A stretch of 57,080 bases of DNA, from the NCBI GenBank assembly GCA_040905565.1, contig JBBDRF010000011.1:1-57080 (forward strand). The letters run 5' to 3'. Positions 27,640 through 37,179 of this stretch are shown here, piece after piece. This DNA comes from Phycisphaeraceae bacterium (GTDB taxonomy: Bacteria > Planctomycetota > Phycisphaerae > Phycisphaerales > Zrk34). The position numbers were made by a program, and so were the translations under genes. Position 1 is the stretch's first letter; the number at the start of each line of letters is the position of its first letter. Below the pieces are notes generated by a model. It was given only the letters and a program-made list of their open reading frames with translations. It searched no databases and was not told the origin of the DNA.

Positions 27640-28296
27640 ATGTGTGATGACGGCCCTTCATCAGTTTGCCCGCTTTGCGCCTCCTCGGCTGCGTTTTATA
27701 CGCAGGATCACAGCCGTGCGTACCTGCATTGCGGGCGATGTGATCTTGTATTCGCCGACCCTGCGAGCCGGTTGGGGCGGGAGGATGAAAAACGCGTTTA
27801 CGATCAGCATGAGAATGATCCGGCCGATGATGGGTATCGGCGTTTTCTAAATCGGCTGGCGCAGCCGTTGCTTGGGAAGTTGACGCGGGGGATGGCGGGG
27901 CTGGACTACGGATGCGGGCCGGGGCCGACGCTTTCGGTGATGCTGGAAGAGGCGGGGATGCGGATGGCGGTTTACGATCCGTACTATGCGCCGGACCGAA
28001 GCGTGCTGAATGTCCGTTACGATTTTGTGACCTGCACGGAAGTGGTGGAGCACTTCAATCGACCGGCTGAATCGTGGGCGGAATTGATCGGCCTGCTCAA
28101 GCCCGGCGGCTGGCTGGGGGTGATGACCAAACGCGTGATCGATCGTGACCGGTTCGAGAAATGGCACTACAAGGACGACCCGACCCACGTGAGTTTTTAC
28201 AGTGAGGCGACGTTTGCATGGCTCGCGGCGCGCTTTGGGTTGAGCTTTGAATCCGTGGGGCAGGATGTGGTGATTTTGGGGAGACCTGCAGGGTGA
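27640..28296 (+). CDS. Class I SAM methyltransferase with N-terminal Zn ribbon
   Basis: CPLC..CGRC, LDYGCGPG, CTEVVEH, WHYKDDPTHVSFY. Confidence 0.85.
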   Translation: MCDDGPSSVCPLCASSAAFYTQDHSRAYLHCGRCDLVFADPASRLGREDEKRVYDQHENDPADDGYRRFLNRLAQPLLGKLTRGMAGLDYGCGPGPTLSVMLEEAGMRMAVYDPYYAPDRSVLNVRYDFVTCTEVVEHFNRPAESWAELIGLLKPGGWLGVMTKRVIDRDRFEKWHYKDDPTHVSFYSEATFAWLAARFGLSFESVGQDVVILGRPAG

Positions 28297-28301
28297 TAAG
28301 A

Positions 28302-28325
28302 CCCACAGCGTGACGCTGTGGGCTT
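28302..28325. repeat. REP-like palindrome, family 3 (may also act as terminator between convergent genes)
   Basis: CCCACAGCG-TGA-CGCTGTGGG-CTT, perfect 9-bp stem. Confidence 0.65.
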
Positions 28326-28363
28326 CGGGGGGTGGGTTCTGTGTGCGCGTGGGTGAGGGGGGG

Positions 28364-29155
28364 TCAGGTGTGTTGGAAGTCGGCGTGTTTGGGATCGGCG
28401 ACGGCGGGGACGGCGAGGTTGACGCGTTCGGCGCCGGCGCGGCGGAGCAGGTGCGTGCAGACCCGGGCGGTGGAGCCGCTGGTGCTGACGTCGTCGATGA
28501 GCCAGACGGTCCAGCCGGTGAGATCGACGGGGCGCATCGTGAAGGCGTGATGCACGTTTCGCCTGCGTTTTTCCCTGCTTTTCAAGGCGGACTGGGCGGC
28601 GGTGCGGCGACGCCTGCGCAGCAGCTTGGCGAGCGGGAAGCCTTTGGCGGTGGCGAAGCCGTCGGCGATCAGGGCAGCCTGGTCGTAGCCGCGTCGCCAA
28701 CGGCGTGTCCAGTGCAGCGGGACGGGGACGACGACCGACCGTTCATGCGTAGGCGTGACGGCGGCAAGCTGTCGGCCCATCCAGTTGCCCCAGCCCCAGG
28801 CGCGTTGAAACTTCATGGCGATGATCCAGCTCGAGAGCGGCTTCTGATACGCGCCCAGCCGCCAGAGGTTGTCCCATGCGATCCGCCGATCACGACAGTG
28901 CGGACAGCCGTTGAGCGTGACGGCGGCTGCGGCCACGGTCGAACCACAAAGAGGACAATACGCGCCCGGCTGATCCACAAGCCAGCCCGCTTCGGCCGCG
29001 GCTTCCTCACCAACAGCAACACTCGTCGGCAACAACACGTCCCCCCACCCCCCCACGCCCCCCCACCTTTTCCGACTGTTCGTCGAAGCTTTTGACGCGG
29101 CTTCTTCAGAGCCTTGTGGGGTCGGTGGTACTGGATTCAGCGAGGGCCCGGTCAT
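28364..29155 (-). CDS. comF: ComF family protein (double zinc ribbon + phosphoribosyltransferase)
   Basis: CPLC..CPHC, VPVPLHW..RRGYDQA, LIDDVSTSGST. Start uncertain. Confidence 0.85.
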   Translation of the reverse strand: MTGPSLNPVPPTPQGSEEAASKASTNSRKRWGGVGGWGDVLLPTSVAVGEEAAAEAGWLVDQPGAYCPLCGSTVAAAAVTLNGCPHCRDRRIAWDNLWRLGAYQKPLSSWIIAMKFQRAWGWGNWMGRQLAAVTPTHERSVVVPVPLHWTRRWRRGYDQAALIADGFATAKGFPLAKLLRRRRRTAAQSALKSREKRRRNVHHAFTMRPVDLTGWTVWLIDDVSTSGSTARVCTHLLRRAGAERVNLAVPAVADPKHADFQHT

Positions 29156-30995
29156 TTTTCCATTGTAACCAGAGGGCGAGCGACCAGAGGGTGAAAAGGC
29201 GATGCGTATGATCGTGGCGACCGGCGGCGTGTTGATCGATCATGGCTTCAAGGCTGGCACGATCGGCACCGAGGTCGAGCAGCTCGGGGGCGTCGAGCAG
29301 GTTGGCCTGGAGGGCCGCTTTGAGAGGGCCGGCGAACCACTGACCGATCGGGACGGCGAAGCCCATCTTCCGCCGGCGAATGATCTCGATCGGCAACATC
29401 TCGCGCGCGAGGCGGCGGAGCAGGTGCTTGAGCTTGCCGTTGGGCATGAGCACGCTGAGCGGCAAATGCGCGGCGAGGTCGCAGACACCCGTATCAAGCA
29501 TCGGGCAGCGGACCTCCAGCGCGACGGCCATCGAAGCGCGGTCCACCTTACGCAGCAGATCGAACGGCAGGTAATGATGCACGTCCCAACGCCTGGCCGC
29601 CTCGGCGGGATCTTTCACCTCGGGCCAATTCAGCGGGGCAAGGCTTTCGGCGATCGCACCCAGCCCCAGCTTCTGCAGGCGAGCGGCACTGAAGATGCGG
29701 ACGATGCTGCGGTATTGCAGCTTGGCCTCGGCGGGGCGGGCAGCTTCGAGGAAGCGGCGGATGCGACTGGTGAGACGTTTGCCGTCGGCAGCGGGGAACG
29801 GCCAGGTGGGCAGCCGGCGAAGCAGCGGCCGGTAGCGCGCGAGCCATTGCATGGCCCGGTAGCGTTCGTAGCCGGCGAACAGTTCATCGCCGCCGTCGCC
29901 GGAGAGCGCGACGGTGACGTGCTCGCGGGCAGCTTGGCTTATCCAGTAGGTCGGCAGGATGGAGCTGTCGCCGAGCGGTTCGCCGGTGATGGCGATGAGG
30001 TGGCGTAGATCGCGTTCGACGGTGGCGGGATCGCACTGGATGGGCAGTTCGTGATGCTCGGTGCCGAGGTGGTCGGCGACGCGGCGGGCGTGGGCGGATT
30101 CGTCGTAGCGGGCGTCGGGCATGGCAGCAGAAAACGTCTTGAGGCGCAGCCCCTTCTCACGCAGCTGCTGTTGGGCGAGGGCGGCGACGAGCGAACTGTC
30201 GATGCCGCCGGACAGGAAGCAGCCGAGGGGCACGTCGGCTTCGAGCCGGGAGGCAACGGCTTCGGTGAGGCGACCGCGCAGGGCGGGCAGCACGTCGTGC
30301 GTGGTATCGCTGAGCGAGATGCGCGGGGCCTGCCAATAGCGTTCGCGTTGGACCTGCCCCTCGGCGTCGATCCGCATCCAATGGGCGGCGGGCACTTCGG
30401 TGATGCCCTGCAAAAGCGACTGCTCATCGGTGTAGCCGAGCGACAGATAATGCGCGAGGGCCGAACGGCTGAGGGCGGGCACCTCGCTCAACCCAGCGGC
30501 CACGGCGGCGACGGTGCTGGCGAACGTGAAACGGTTGCCGGTGCGATGCAGGTACAACGGCTTCTTGCCGATGCGATCGCGGGCGAGCAGAAGGCTGCGG
30601 TCGCGGCGATCGTAGATGGCGAAGGCGAACATGCCTTCAAGCTGTTTAAGCAGGCGGGTGCCCCACTCGCGGTAGCCGTGCAGGAGGACTTCGGTGTCGG
30701 CGTGGTTGGAGCGGAAGGTATGGCCGAGGTTTTCAAGGCGGCGACGGATGACGCGGTGGTTGTAGATTTCGCCGTTGAACACGACGACGAGTTCGTCGCG
30801 CGACATCGGCTGACTGCCGCCAATTGGGTCGATCACGGCCAGACGTGTGTGCAGGAGGTTGAGGCGGTGGTCGTCGCTTTGATGGAAGGCGGTGGCGTCG
30901 GGGCCGCGCGGCTTGAGCAGCTCGGCCATGGCGTTGAGCCGATCGGGAGCCGTGGGTTGGTCGTCGAGATTGAGGATGCCGCCGATGCCACACAT
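29106..30995 (-). CDS. asnB: Asparagine synthase (glutamine-hydrolysing) family amidotransferase
   Basis: MCGIGG, FNGEIYNH, FLSGGIDSS, LSGDGGDELFAGY, KVDRASM. Confidence 0.92.
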   Translation of the reverse strand: MCGIGGILNLDDQPTAPDRLNAMAELLKPRGPDATAFHQSDDHRLNLLHTRLAVIDPIGGSQPMSRDELVVVFNGEIYNHRVIRRRLENLGHTFRSNHADTEVLLHGYREWGTRLLKQLEGMFAFAIYDRRDRSLLLARDRIGKKPLYLHRTGNRFTFASTVAAVAAGLSEVPALSRSALAHYLSLGYTDEQSLLQGITEVPAAHWMRIDAEGQVQRERYWQAPRISLSDTTHDVLPALRGRLTEAVASRLEADVPLGCFLSGGIDSSLVAALAQQQLREKGLRLKTFSAAMPDARYDESAHARRVADHLGTEHHELPIQCDPATVERDLRHLIAITGEPLGDSSILPTYWISQAAREHVTVALSGDGGDELFAGYERYRAMQWLARYRPLLRRLPTWPFPAADGKRLTSRIRRFLEAARPAEAKLQYRSIVRIFSAARLQKLGLGAIAESLAPLNWPEVKDPAEAARRWDVHHYLPFDLLRKVDRASMAVALEVRCPMLDTGVCDLAAHLPLSVLMPNGKLKHLLRRLAREMLPIEIIRRRKMGFAVPIGQWFAGPLKAALQANLLDAPELLDLGADRASLEAMIDQHAAGRHDHTHRLFTLWSLALWLQWKNDRALAESSTTDPTRL

Positions 30996-31052
30996 GGTGA
31001 GGAGTTTACCGGGGAGAGCCGATGGAGGCGACGGTACGCAACGAATCGTGCA

Positions 31053-32696
31053 TCACTCGGCCCGCGTCTCGCTTGGGGGTTCTGCCGACTGAATGATCGC
31101 GTAGGCGACGTGGGTGACCGAGCCGTTGATGCGTTTGAGGTACGTCAGCAGATCGAGATGGATGGCGCTGGTTTCGTGCGACTCAGCGAGGCCTCGGTTC
31201 AGGCGGGCGAAGTGGCGATCGCGCAGTTCGCGATAGTAGTCATCGAGGCGCTGCTTGTGACGGAGAAGCTGTTGGGCGAGGACGTGGTCGCGGGTGGTGA
31301 AGGCGGTCTCGGCGATGGTCATGTTTTGCGTGACCTTCTGGTAGAAATCCTCGAGTTCCTTCCAGCCGTCACGGGAGAAATCGACGCCGAGCTGAATCTT
31401 CTTCAGGGCGAGCTCCGAGAGGTTTTTGTCGATCACGTCGCCGATCATCTCCAGTTCCGCGAGGTAGCGAAGCTGACGCATCTGCTCAGCTGCTTCCTCG
31501 GGGTCCGTCTCCTGCGATGCCAGGCGGGTGAGGTAGCGTTTGATCTGGTCGTCGAGTAGGTCGACGTGGTCATCGCGCTGGGCGACCTTTCGGGCGAGTT
31601 GAGCGTTGTCGGTTTTTATCGCGTACCAGAGATCGACGAGCATGCTGCGGACGATTTCAGACATGTGCAGAATCTCCTGCCGACTCTGGCCCAGGGCAAG
31701 GGCGAGCGAATCGGGAGGCGACGTGAGGCTGATGTAGCGGGGCCCGAACGCCTGCTTCTGATCGGCGGGCGGTTCGGGGACGAGCTTTTCGACGAGGCGT
31801 GAGATCTGTTCCACCAGCGGCAGGCCGATAATCGCGAGGGCGACGTTGAAGCCGGTGTGCATGTTCGCCACTTGATGGGTGATGGAGGGGCTTGAGCGGC
31901 CGACGAGGGCGGTGATTTGATCCAGCAGCAGCAGGGCCACCACCGCGACCGTGCCTTTGCCGATGAGGTTGCCCAGCGCCAGGCGGCGGCTTTCGATGCG
32001 AGGCCAGCCGATCATCAGCGTGGTGAGGGCAACGCCGACGTTCGCACCGGCGACCCATGCGACGGCCACGTGTAGCGGAAACTCAGCAGGATTGGCCGCC
32101 AGGATGCCGATGACCAGGGCGATGGTGGCGGTGCTGGATTGCAGGAACATCGCCATGATGCAGGCGAGGATGGCGGTGAGCAGCGGGTACTGCGACGCGA
32201 TTTGGATGATCTGCATCATGTCGCCGGCGGGGTCCATGTCGGCGGCCCCACGCTTGATCGTGAAGATGCCCATGAAGATGAACCCGAACGCCAGGACGAC
32301 CTGTCCGATGCCTCGGGTGCGCGTGGCGTGGGTGAATAGAAAGAGGATGGTGCCGAGGAACAGCAGCGCGGGGGCGTACTCTTCGATGCGGAGCGCGAGG
32401 AGCTGAACGGTGACGGTGAGACCGATATCGGCCCCGAACATGACCGCGAGTGTGCGGCGAGGCGAAAGATGCCCCTGCTGAACGGTTTGGACGGCCAGCA
32501 CGCTCATCGTGGTTGACGAAGGGGCGATCACGGAGACGCCGAGGCCCGTGCCGAACGCGCGCCAGCGTGAGCCGGCCATCCGCTGCATGATGCCGCCGAG
32601 CCGGGTGCCGACCAGGCGATCGAGCCCCTTGCGGAGGTACCGAACGCCCAGAAGGATCAACGCCACCCCGCCCGCAATCGTTAGAAAGATCCACAT
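31053..32696 (-). CDS. Na+/phosphate cotransporter with C-terminal PhoU domains
   Basis: SSTT/QSSTAT and GADIG/GANVG repeats, AHT-like NMHTGFN, cytoplasmic PhoU-like tail. Confidence 0.88.
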   Translation of the reverse strand: MWIFLTIAGGVALILLGVRYLRKGLDRLVGTRLGGIMQRMAGSRWRAFGTGLGVSVIAPSSTTMSVLAVQTVQQGHLSPRRTLAVMFGADIGLTVTVQLLALRIEEYAPALLFLGTILFLFTHATRTRGIGQVVLAFGFIFMGIFTIKRGAADMDPAGDMMQIIQIASQYPLLTAILACIMAMFLQSSTATIALVIGILAANPAEFPLHVAVAWVAGANVGVALTTLMIGWPRIESRRLALGNLIGKGTVAVVALLLLDQITALVGRSSPSITHQVANMHTGFNVALAIIGLPLVEQISRLVEKLVPEPPADQKQAFGPRYISLTSPPDSLALALGQSRQEILHMSEIVRSMLVDLWYAIKTDNAQLARKVAQRDDHVDLLDDQIKRYLTRLASQETDPEEAAEQMRQLRYLAELEMIGDVIDKNLSELALKKIQLGVDFSRDGWKELEDFYQKVTQNMTIAETAFTTRDHVLAQQLLRHKQRLDDYYRELRDRHFARLNRGLAESHETSAIHLDLLTYLKRINGSVTHVAYAIIQSAEPPSETRAE

Positions 32697-32803
32697 AGGC
32701 CGACAGTATAGTGGCGAGGTGCGCCCGATCGCGAACGGGTCGGGAAGTGGCGATCTCTGAGCGCCCGCTAACTTTCGTTTTCGCGGTTTGCTACACTCTC
32801 GTT

Positions 32804-33631
32804 ATGTTTCGACTGCTGCGAAGATTGACGATGGTGATCGTACTGGTGCTGGTGCTGGCGATCGTCGGCATCATCGCCCTGTTCTTTCACATGGACAGCG
32901 TGGCCCGCGAGGTGATCGAACGCGGCACCAGCACGGCGCTCGGTGTGGAGAGCAAGACCGAGGGCGTGAATATCTCACTGCTCCGCCAGCATCTACGGGT
33001 CGACACGCTGACCATCGCGAACCCGGAGGGCTACCGTGGCCCGCTGCTGCTGGAGACGGCGACGCTGACGGCGAACATGCGGCCGAGCACCCTCTTCTCG
33101 GACGTCATCGAGGTGCCGCTGCTGGAGATCGACGGCCTGAAGCTGCACTTCGAACAACGTGACGGGAAGAACAATTTTACGGCGATCCTAGAGAACCTTG
33201 AGGAGCGGCGCACCGACGAGCCCCGCCAACGCTTCCATGTTGACCAGGTGATCATCCGCGACATCGAGGCTCATATCGAGGTCATCGAGCAACTCGGCGA
33301 ACTCAGCCGGGTGGTGGTGCACGTGCCCGAGATCGTGCTGGACGACGTGGCGACGGATGAGGTGGAAGGCGTTGCGGTGGCGGAACTGACACGCCGGATC
33401 GCACCGGCGATCGTCGCTGCGGTGCTGGAGCGAGGCGATGAGATCCCCGCGGACGTGACTCAACTGCTGGCGAGCAACCTCTCGGAACTGGCAGGCAAAG
33501 CCGGCGGCGACGTGGCGAGGCTGATCGGCGAGGTCGGCGGCGAACTCGGCAAGGCCATCGAACGCTCCGTCGAGGGCCTGACCGACCAGTTCAACCGCTT
33601 CCTCAACGGGGGAAGCGATGAGGGCGAGTAG
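32804..33631 (+). CDS. AsmA-like membrane-anchored protein
   Basis: N-terminal TM helix, LTIANPEGY, IEVPLLEIDG, NF..IL.NL pattern. Start moved to ATG 32804. Confidence 0.55.
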   Translation: MFRLLRRLTMVIVLVLVLAIVGIIALFFHMDSVAREVIERGTSTALGVESKTEGVNISLLRQHLRVDTLTIANPEGYRGPLLLETATLTANMRPSTLFSDVIEVPLLEIDGLKLHFEQRDGKNNFTAILENLEERRTDEPRQRFHVDQVIIRDIEAHIEVIEQLGELSRVVVHVPEIVLDDVATDEVEGVAVAELTRRIAPAIVAAVLERGDEIPADVTQLLASNLSELAGKAGGDVARLIGEVGGELGKAIERSVEGLTDQFNRFLNGGSDEGE

Positions 33632-34008
33632 CGGCGGAACCTGCGTCACAATGTTGTCGCAGCGCGACGACCACGTTCGGACCCTGAGGGTGGCCACAAC
33701 CTGACCCAGACCCCGAAATGGACTTGACGCTTCCCCGGGAGCCATCCGTCGGCTATACTGGTAGCAAAGCATTATAGCCGATTCGGCTTTCCGCCCTGTT
33801 GGGGTGGCGACCGATCGGCAAGGCCCTGCGGAGGTACCGCGCAGGTTCACATCGTGGTGACCAATCGCTGAGTCGATTGACGAGCAGAATGAGTAGACTC
33901 GGCCGTGCCGCGGAAGAATCTGTGAAGCGGCCCCCCCGTAAACGCCGATGGTTAGCGCAGTCCCACGTGGGCAGTCATTTGTTGCCGCTTCGGCCATAGG
34001 AGGTTCTT

Positions 34009-34362
34009 ATGCCCCGCGGACAGGTAAAGTGGTTCGATCCGAAAAAAGGCTACGGGTTCATCGTCGGTCCCGAGGGGCAGGACGTTTTCGTACACTACTC
34101 GCACATCCTCTCTGAGGGTTTCAAATCCTTAAAGGATGGGCAGTGGGTCGATTACGAGCTGCTGCAAGGCGACAAAGGCTGGCAGGCCCGAAGCGTGCAT
34201 GCCGAGGCTGAGGAAGCGACGTCGGAGGAGTTGGGGCCGACCGATCAGCCCGCTCCCGCGTCACGTCCTCGATCGTCCGGCTACGAAGGCGCGCCTTCGG
34301 ACAGCGGCGGCAGTGCCGCTTCGCCCCCGCGTGCCGGCGGATACGAAGGTGCCGACGACTGA
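34009..34362 (+). CDS. Cold-shock domain protein with disordered C-terminal tail
   Basis: GQVKWFDPKKGYGFI, DVFVHYS. AGGAGG SD at 33998-34003. Confidence 0.92.
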   Translation: MPRGQVKWFDPKKGYGFIVGPEGQDVFVHYSHILSEGFKSLKDGQWVDYELLQGDKGWQARSVHAEAEEATSEELGPTDQPAPASRPRSSGYEGAPSDSGGSAASPPRAGGYEGADD

Positions 34363-34486
34363 GGGCACGCAGACTCTACCTTTGCGGGGCGGCCCCGATG
34401 GTGCCTGCGCTCGTTTGTGGACACGCGGCGGTGGTGCTTGTTTCTTATTTCGCTGAGCGGATCCGCGCTGCCGTCGCGGCAATACC

Positions 34487-35341
34487 ATGACGCACTGGTG
34501 GTTCTGGCTGGGTCTACTCTGCGGCGCATTGCTTGCCGTCCCGTTTATGTTCCTGATCTCCAGGCGAACGGCGCAGCGCGTCAAACGCCTCGAGCAGCGC
34601 GCCCGTTCCATCGAGCGCCTCGCGGAGATGGGCCGCCTTACCGGGGGCCTGGCGCACGAGATTAAAAACCCACTGTCGACGATCGGGCTGAACCTTCAGC
34701 TGCTGCGAGAGTCGATCGACGACGCGAAGCTTGAGGAAAGCCTCAGCCGTCGGCTTCGCGCCCGCATCACGGCGCTCTCGTCGGAGACGGAACGGCTGGG
34801 CGGGATTCTCGAAGATTTCCTCTCCTTCGCCGGTCGGGTAAAGCTGGACCCGCAGCCGCTTCACATCAATGATCTGGTCGACCAGCTTGTGGATTTTTAC
34901 CTGCCACAGGCCGAGGCGTCGGGGCTTCAGCTTCACACGCAGTTGGATCCGGAAGCGGGAACGGTGCAGCTTGATCCGACGCTCTTCAAGCAGGCGCTGC
35001 TGAATCTCTTAATCAACGCGACGCAAGCGATGATCGCGGCGCGCTACGATGAGAAGCCTCACGGCGGCTGCGGCGAGATTATGATCCGCACGGTGCCGGG
35101 CCGGGACGAAGTGATTGTCCACGTGATCGACACCGGGCCGGGCATTGATGAGAAGACCCGCGCGAGGCTGTTTGAACCTTACTTTACGACCAAGAAAGGC
35201 GGCACCGGCCTGGGCCTGCCCACCGCCCGGCGCATCATTGAAGAGCACGGCGGGTCGATCGAATTGCACAGCGAGCCGGGCAGAGGCTCGGACTTCTCGA
35301 TCCACCTGCCACGGCAGAACGAAGTGGCCGGGGCAACGTAA
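34487..35341 (+). CDS. Small NtrB-type sensor histidine kinase
   Basis: One TM helix, LAHEIKNPL, NLLINA, DTGPGI, PYFTTKKGGTGLGL. Confidence 0.9.
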   Translation: MTHWWFWLGLLCGALLAVPFMFLISRRTAQRVKRLEQRARSIERLAEMGRLTGGLAHEIKNPLSTIGLNLQLLRESIDDAKLEESLSRRLRARITALSSETERLGGILEDFLSFAGRVKLDPQPLHINDLVDQLVDFYLPQAEASGLQLHTQLDPEAGTVQLDPTLFKQALLNLLINATQAMIAARYDEKPHGGCGEIMIRTVPGRDEVIVHVIDTGPGIDEKTRARLFEPYFTTKKGGTGLGLPTARRIIEEHGGSIELHSEPGRGSDFSIHLPRQNEVAGAT

Positions 35342-35405
35342 ACTGTTTAACAGGCAAGCCTCCGGCGACGTCGAAATCCCCCTCTCACACGGTTAAGATG
35401 GCACC

Positions 35406-36725
35406 ATGCAAGATACGCAACAAGAAAGTGTCGACCGCGTCTGGTCCGAATTGGATATGCGCTACGACGCGGACAACATCTACGGCCAGACGGTCAGCAC
35501 GATACTGCAGACGGCCCGCCGACTGGAGATCCCCGAGCAGTTGCAGTTGATTCTGGCGCAGCCGAAGAACGAGTTGATCGTCCACTTCCCCGTGAAGATG
35601 GACGACGGCACGACGCGGCTGCTGCGCGGCTACCGCGTCCAACACAACAACGTGCTCGGCCCGTTCAAAGGCGGCATCCGCTTTCACGCCGACGCCGACC
35701 TCGACCACATCAAAGCGCTCTCGGCGATCATGACGCTCAAATGTGCATTAATGCGACTTCCATTTGGCGGGGCCAAGGGTGCAGTGCGTGTGAATCCGCG
35801 TGAGTATTCCACGGCTGAGTTGCAGCGGCTCACCCGCCGCTTCACGTCGGCGTTGGGCTCGTCGATCGGGCCTGATTACGACATTCCCGCCCCGGATATG
35901 GGCACGACGTCCCAGATCATGGCGTGGATGGCGGACACGTACATGAACCTCAACGAGCCACACCGGCGCTTCGACGGCATGGCGGTGGTGACGGGTAAGC
36001 CGCCCGAGTTCGGCGGCTCCGCCGGGCGCGAAAAGGCGACCGGGCAGGGCCTTGTTTATGTCCTTGAAGAGATGCTGCCCGAGATGGGCTACGAAAGCTT
36101 CAGCGATCTCAGCTTCACCCTCGCCGGTTACGGCAACGTCGGCTCGTGGGCCGGCCGACTCATGGCCGACCGCGGCGCGAAGATGCTGGCCGTGCTCGAT
36201 CACACCGGCGCCGTTCATCATCCCGACGGTATCGACGCCGCAGCCCTTTCCGAATACGTCCAGGAGCACGGCGGCGTCGCGGGCTACCCCACTGCTGAAG
36301 CGATCACGCCTGAGCAGTTTTACGAGACGCAGACCGACCTGTTCATTCCCGCGGCACTGGAGCAGATGATCACCGCTGACGTGGCGGAACGGCTGAACTG
36401 TCGGTACGTGGTCGAAGGCGCGAACGCCCCCACCACGCCCGCCGGCGAACGCATCCTGCAGCAGGCGGGCGTCACGATCCTCCCCGCCATCCTCTGCAAC
36501 GCGGGCGGTGTGACTGTGAGCTACTTTGAATGGCGGCAGAATCGTCAGGCTGAGACGTGGACGGCTGAGGAAGTCGACGAACAGCTTCGTCGGCAGATGA
36601 TCTTTGCCTCACGCCGGGTGAAGCTCGCCGCCGTTCGACTCGATTGCGACCTTGGCACCGCCGCCTACGCCGCGGCACTTGAGCATCTTGCGAAAGTCTA
36701 CAACATCCGCGGCATTTTCCCCTGA
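35406..36725 (+). CDS. gdhA: Glu/Leu/Phe/Val dehydrogenase (glutamate dehydrogenase)
   Basis: GYRVQHNN, KGGIRFH, GGAKG, DIPAPD, GYGNVG, EGANAP, NAGGVTVSYFEW. Confidence 0.92.
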   Translation: MQDTQQESVDRVWSELDMRYDADNIYGQTVSTILQTARRLEIPEQLQLILAQPKNELIVHFPVKMDDGTTRLLRGYRVQHNNVLGPFKGGIRFHADADLDHIKALSAIMTLKCALMRLPFGGAKGAVRVNPREYSTAELQRLTRRFTSALGSSIGPDYDIPAPDMGTTSQIMAWMADTYMNLNEPHRRFDGMAVVTGKPPEFGGSAGREKATGQGLVYVLEEMLPEMGYESFSDLSFTLAGYGNVGSWAGRLMADRGAKMLAVLDHTGAVHHPDGIDAAALSEYVQEHGGVAGYPTAEAITPEQFYETQTDLFIPAALEQMITADVAERLNCRYVVEGANAPTTPAGERILQQAGVTILPAILCNAGGVTVSYFEWRQNRQAETWTAEEVDEQLRRQMIFASRRVKLAAVRLDCDLGTAAYAAALEHLAKVYNIRGIFP

Positions 36726-36788
36726 CCCCCCCACCGTCGCCACCTCAGCGGATGGCCACCGCAAACCGACCGAACTGATTCAAATTAA

Positions 36789-36828
36789 ACGACAAAGCCC
36801 ACGCTCAAACGAACGTGGGCTTTGTCGT
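36789..36828. terminator. Bidirectional terminator-like hairpin between convergent genes
   Basis: ACGACAAAGCCCACG / CGTGGGCTTTGTCGT, perfect 15-bp inverted repeat. Confidence 0.7.
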
Positions 36829-36858
36829 ATTTCGGTGACGATGACCTCGTCGATGAAG

Positions 36859-37143
36859 CTACTTCTTCTTATCTACCAGTTTCCCGTTGGCGAACTGAGC
36901 ATCGTATTCCAGCTTTCCCTGCTTGTCGTAGCGGATCCACTGGCCGTGCTTCTGGCCATTTTCGAAATGGCCCACTTGCCACAGGTCGCCCGACTCGCGA
37001 TAGAAAACCCACTCCCCCTCCATGACACCGTCGATGGAGTTTCCGCGAGCTTTTACGATGCCCGTTTTGAAGAAATAGGTTAAGACCTCACCTTCCTGCT
37101 CGTAAACCTTCTGACCGTTGGCGTATTCCTTCTTACTCTGCAT
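36859..37143 (-). CDS. MORN-variant repeat protein (YwqK-like)
   Basis: Repeated G.W..Y...G units: GVMEGEWVFYRESG, GQKHGQWIRYDKQG. Confidence 0.75.
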   Translation of the reverse strand: MQSKKEYANGQKVYEQEGEVLTYFFKTGIVKARGNSIDGVMEGEWVFYRESGDLWQVGHFENGQKHGQWIRYDKQGKLEYDAQFANGKLVDKKK

Positions 37144-37179
37144 GACGGGTCACCGATAGGAGGAGACGCCTTCCGGCGT

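Noticed and set aside
33724..33759. TTGACG...TATACT as a sigma70 promoter pair
   Set aside because: The spacing is 24 nt, too long for a canonical -35/-10 pair.
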